A DNA stretch of 20,000 nucleotides, from the sequence record SRR20825010_1566. One strand, given 5' to 3'. The notes beneath the pieces are model-generated. The model saw only the letters and a list, made by a program, of their open reading frames with translations. It did no database searches and was not told where the DNA came from. A program made the translations under genes and the position numbers. Of this stretch, positions 17,367 to 20,000 are shown piece by piece. Every line of letters starts with the position of its first letter. Within the stretch, counting starts at the first letter, position 1.

Positions 17367-18548
17367 ATGAGCAGCACAAAAGCATATCTGAAAAGACACA
17401 CTGCTGTTGCCGCACTGATGGCTACAGCAATAGTGGGCGGCTTCGGCGCCTACCAGCTCAATGATGTACAGGCTGAAGAGGCCGGGGTTGCTGAGGCACC
17501 TGCGGCCCCTGAAGTTGAGGTAACGGCAATCCAGCCTGAAGAGCTTAGGCAGTGGCGTGAGTTTTCTGGCCGCCTGACAGCTGTTGACTATGTGGAAATT
17601 CGTCCGCGCGTTGGGGGAACCATTCAGAAAGTTGCCTTTTCAGACGGTGATTATGTTGAAAAAGGTGAACTGCTTTTTGTGATCGATCCACGCCCGTTTG
17701 AAGCCGCTGTTGCTCGCGCTGAAGCCGATATCGCTTCCGCCAAATCGCAACTTATCCTGACGGAAGCGGAGCTGAAACGTGCGGCAGAACTTGTTGAAAG
17801 CAGCTTTGTTTCCAAAAGCGCGTATGACAAGCGTAAAAATGACCATGAGGTCGCTGTGGCGACGCTCAAGTCTGCCGAAGCACAACTGACAACAGCCAAA
17901 CTTAACCTGGACTACGCCCATGTGACCGCGCCTGTTTCAGGCGTCGTCAGCAGGGCGGAAATCACAGTCGGCAACGTTATTGAAGCTGGTGCGTCTGCGC
18001 CTGTGCTCACCACCCTTGTCTCGAACGACCAGCTTTACGCTGAGTTCAATGTGGACGAGCGCACTTATATTGCGGCAAAGCGTCAAGCCTCCAAAGGCGG
18101 TGCTATGCCGGTTGTGATGACACTGGCAGGTGATAGCGTGTCATATGAAGGTGAGCTTTCGTCCTTTGATAACCGCCTTGACCTGCGTTCAGGCACAATC
18201 CGGGCTCGCGCCGTTTTCCAGAACACAGATGGTGCGCTGACACCTGGCATGTTTGCAGACATTCGTCTTGGCTCACCCGCCAAGGAAGAGGTACTTGTTG
18301 TCAGTGACAAGGCCGTGGGCACCGATCAGGACAAAAAGTTCGTCTACACGGTAAACTCTGATAATATTGTGGAGTACCGCGAGGTGAAACTTGGCCGCAG
18401 TGTTGGTGGTGGCAGGGTTGTGCTTTCGGGTCTTGAAGCTGGTGAGCGGGTTATCGTGAACGGCTTGCAGCGTGTTCGTCCCAATATTCAAGTGGCGGCC
18501 CGAACGGTAGACCAAGCTGTTCAGACAGCCATGGCGAGCCAACGGTAA
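17367..18548 (+). CDS. RND efflux periplasmic adaptor (MexE/OqxA-like)
   Basis: N-terminal anchor, EFSGRL, VEIRPRVGG, LFVIDPRPF, alpha-hairpin, APVSGVVSR, FDNRLD..SGTIRARA, LTPGMFA, VGTDQDKKFV. Confidence 0.95.
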   Translation: MSSTKAYLKRHTAVAALMATAIVGGFGAYQLNDVQAEEAGVAEAPAAPEVEVTAIQPEELRQWREFSGRLTAVDYVEIRPRVGGTIQKVAFSDGDYVEKGELLFVIDPRPFEAAVARAEADIASAKSQLILTEAELKRAAELVESSFVSKSAYDKRKNDHEVAVATLKSAEAQLTTAKLNLDYAHVTAPVSGVVSRAEITVGNVIEAGASAPVLTTLVSNDQLYAEFNVDERTYIAAKRQASKGGAMPVVMTLAGDSVSYEGELSSFDNRLDLRSGTIRARAVFQNTDGALTPGMFADIRLGSPAKEEVLVVSDKAVGTDQDKKFVYTVNSDNIVEYREVKLGRSVGGGRVVLSGLEAGERVIVNGLQRVRPNIQVAARTVDQAVQTAMASQR

Positions 18549-18757
18549 GCACCGCGCACTTGCGGCGGGCTGATAGGCCCAATCCAGAGATATGACATCC
18601 GGGTACATTCTTGCCCGGGTGCTGCTCGTAAAGCGCCGGATGTTCTTTGGCGTATCGTTCCGAAATTTCGATGTGCCTGGTCAGAAAGAAGGCTGAGGCG
18701 CGTTCTATTGTGTGCCGCGCGGGCTAGCGCGTGAACACAACAGCACGGAGACAAGAG

Positions 18758-20000
18758 ATGAATATCTCCCGTTTTTTTATTGATCGCCCCATTTTTGCTG
18801 GCGTGCTTTCAATTGTGGTTTTCATGGCAGGCCTTATCGCCATGTTTCGTCTACCGATTTCCGAGTATCCGGAAGTTGTGCCACCCTCCATTGTCGTCAC
18901 TGCCCAGTTTCCCGGCGCGAACCCTAAGGTGATCGCGGAGACAGTAGCAACGCCACTTGAAGAGCAGATCAACGGCGTTGAGAACATGCTCTACATGTTT
19001 TCCCAGGCTACCTCAGATGGCCGCATGACGCTCACCGTGACCTTCAAGATCGGTACAGATGCGGACCTTGCACAGCAGCAGGTGCAAAACCGGGTGGCGC
19101 AAGCCACACCACGCCTGCCCGAAGTCACGAGGCGCCTCGGCGTTACCACTGTGAAAAGCTCGCCTGACCTCACCATGGTGGTTCACTTGCGCTCCCCTAA
19201 TGAGCGTTACGACATGCTCTACCTTCGGAACTATGCTGTCCTTAACGTGAAAGACCAGTTGGCCAGAATTGAAGGCATCGGTCAGGTGCAGATTTTTGGT
19301 GCTGGCGACTATGCCATGCGCCTTTGGCTGGACCCTGAGAAAATCGCTGAGCGCGGACTGTCCGCTACGGAAGTGATCGCTGCGGTCCGCGAGCAGAATA
19401 TTCAGGTCGCTGCCGGTGTTGTTGGCGGTGCGCCCTATGACGATGGTATTGAGCTTCAATTGCCGATCAACGCCAAAGGCCGCCTTGGCACCACCGAAGA
19501 GTTTGGCGATATCATTATTCGTGCAGGGGATGCGGGCCAGATCACACGGCTGCGTGACGTTGCACGTATTGAGCTTGGAGCTTCGCAATACGCGCTGCGG
19601 TCAATGCTTGATAACAAGCCCGCTGTTGCTGTGCCCGTTTTCCAGGCACCGGGCGCAAACGCGATTGAAATCTCCAACAATGTCCGCGCGACCATGGAAG
19701 AGCTGAAAGCCAACTTCCCGGAAGGCGTTGATTATAGCATCGTGTATGACCCTACGGTTTTTGTGCGCGGGTCGATTGAGGCGGTTGTCAAAACACTTCT
19801 GGAAGCGGTCGCGCTTGTTGTCCTCGTGGTTATCGTATTTCTCCAGACATGGCGGGCGTCGATTATTCCGTTGCTTGCTGTTCCCGTGTCGATCGTCGGT
19901 ACCTTTGCGTTGATGTATGTGTTCGGATTTTCCATCAACGCACTCTCTCTATTTGGCTTGGTACTGGCGATCGGCATCGTGGTGGATGATGCCATTGTGG
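18758..20000 (+). CDS. HAE1 RND efflux permease (MexF/OqxB-like), 3'-truncated
   Basis: Manual translation from ATG 18758 (RBS GGAG): MNISRFFIDRPIFAGVLSIVVFMAGLIAMFRLPISEYPEVVPPSIVVTAQFPGANP... ending LFGLVLAIGIVVDDAIV (TM4 DD motif). Absent from the ORF track because no stop is in the window. Confidence 0.97.
   Translation, partial: MNISRFFIDRPIFAGVLSIVVFMAGLIAMFRLPISEYPEVVPPSIVVTAQFPGANPKVIAETVATPLEEQINGVENMLYMFSQATSDGRMTLTVTFKIGTDADLAQQQVQNRVAQATPRLPEVTRRLGVTTVKSSPDLTMVVHLRSPNERYDMLYLRNYAVLNVKDQLARIEGIGQVQIFGAGDYAMRLWLDPEKIAERGLSATEVIAAVREQNIQVAAGVVGGAPYDDGIELQLPINAKGRLGTTEEFGDIIIRAGDAGQITRLRDVARIELGASQYALRSMLDNKPAVAVPVFQAPGANAIEISNNVRATMEELKANFPEGVDYSIVYDPTVFVRGSIEAVVKTLLEAVALVVLVVIVFLQTWRASIIPLLAVPVSIVGTFALMYVFGFSINALSLFGLVLAIGIVVDDAIV

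Noticed and set aside
19013-19995. Minus-strand and alternate-frame ORFs over the window end
   Set aside because: Shadows of the RND permease that starts at 18758.
1-20000. CRISPR array, cas genes, transposases or prophage genes
   Set aside because: No regularly spaced repeats or recognisable motifs of these classes were seen.

Overview
Alphaproteobacterial-looking chromosomal window (taxon inferred from gene content only). It starts inside metH, then holds a coupled pair of small unknown genes, a secreted MBL-fold hydrolase, a PAS-like protein, an amidohydrolase plus DEDDh exonuclease, and a DUF1905/YdeI-like protein. Next come a TetR gene divergent from a desaturase and a homocysteine S-methyltransferase, a DUF2200-like gene and tRNA-Thr(UGU). 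A two-gene operon of unknown function follows, then an ada / 2OG-oxygenase / alkB alkylation-repair operon with an Ada box, a TerB-like gene, and a TetR-controlled MexEF/OqxAB-like RND efflux locus that runs off the window. The most interesting item is the self-promoted operon at 11042-12864. It pairs a CorA-like two-TM protein with a small PII/DUF3574/SAM-lyase-like protein, resembling the effector plus signal-degrading pair of SAM-AMP type III CRISPR loci, but no cas gene or array is in view. Also notable are an unannotated 39-aa membrane peptide beside the efflux regulator and a wHTH plus 3-TM gene pair with an 18-bp palindrome. All family calls come from motif recognition, not database searches.
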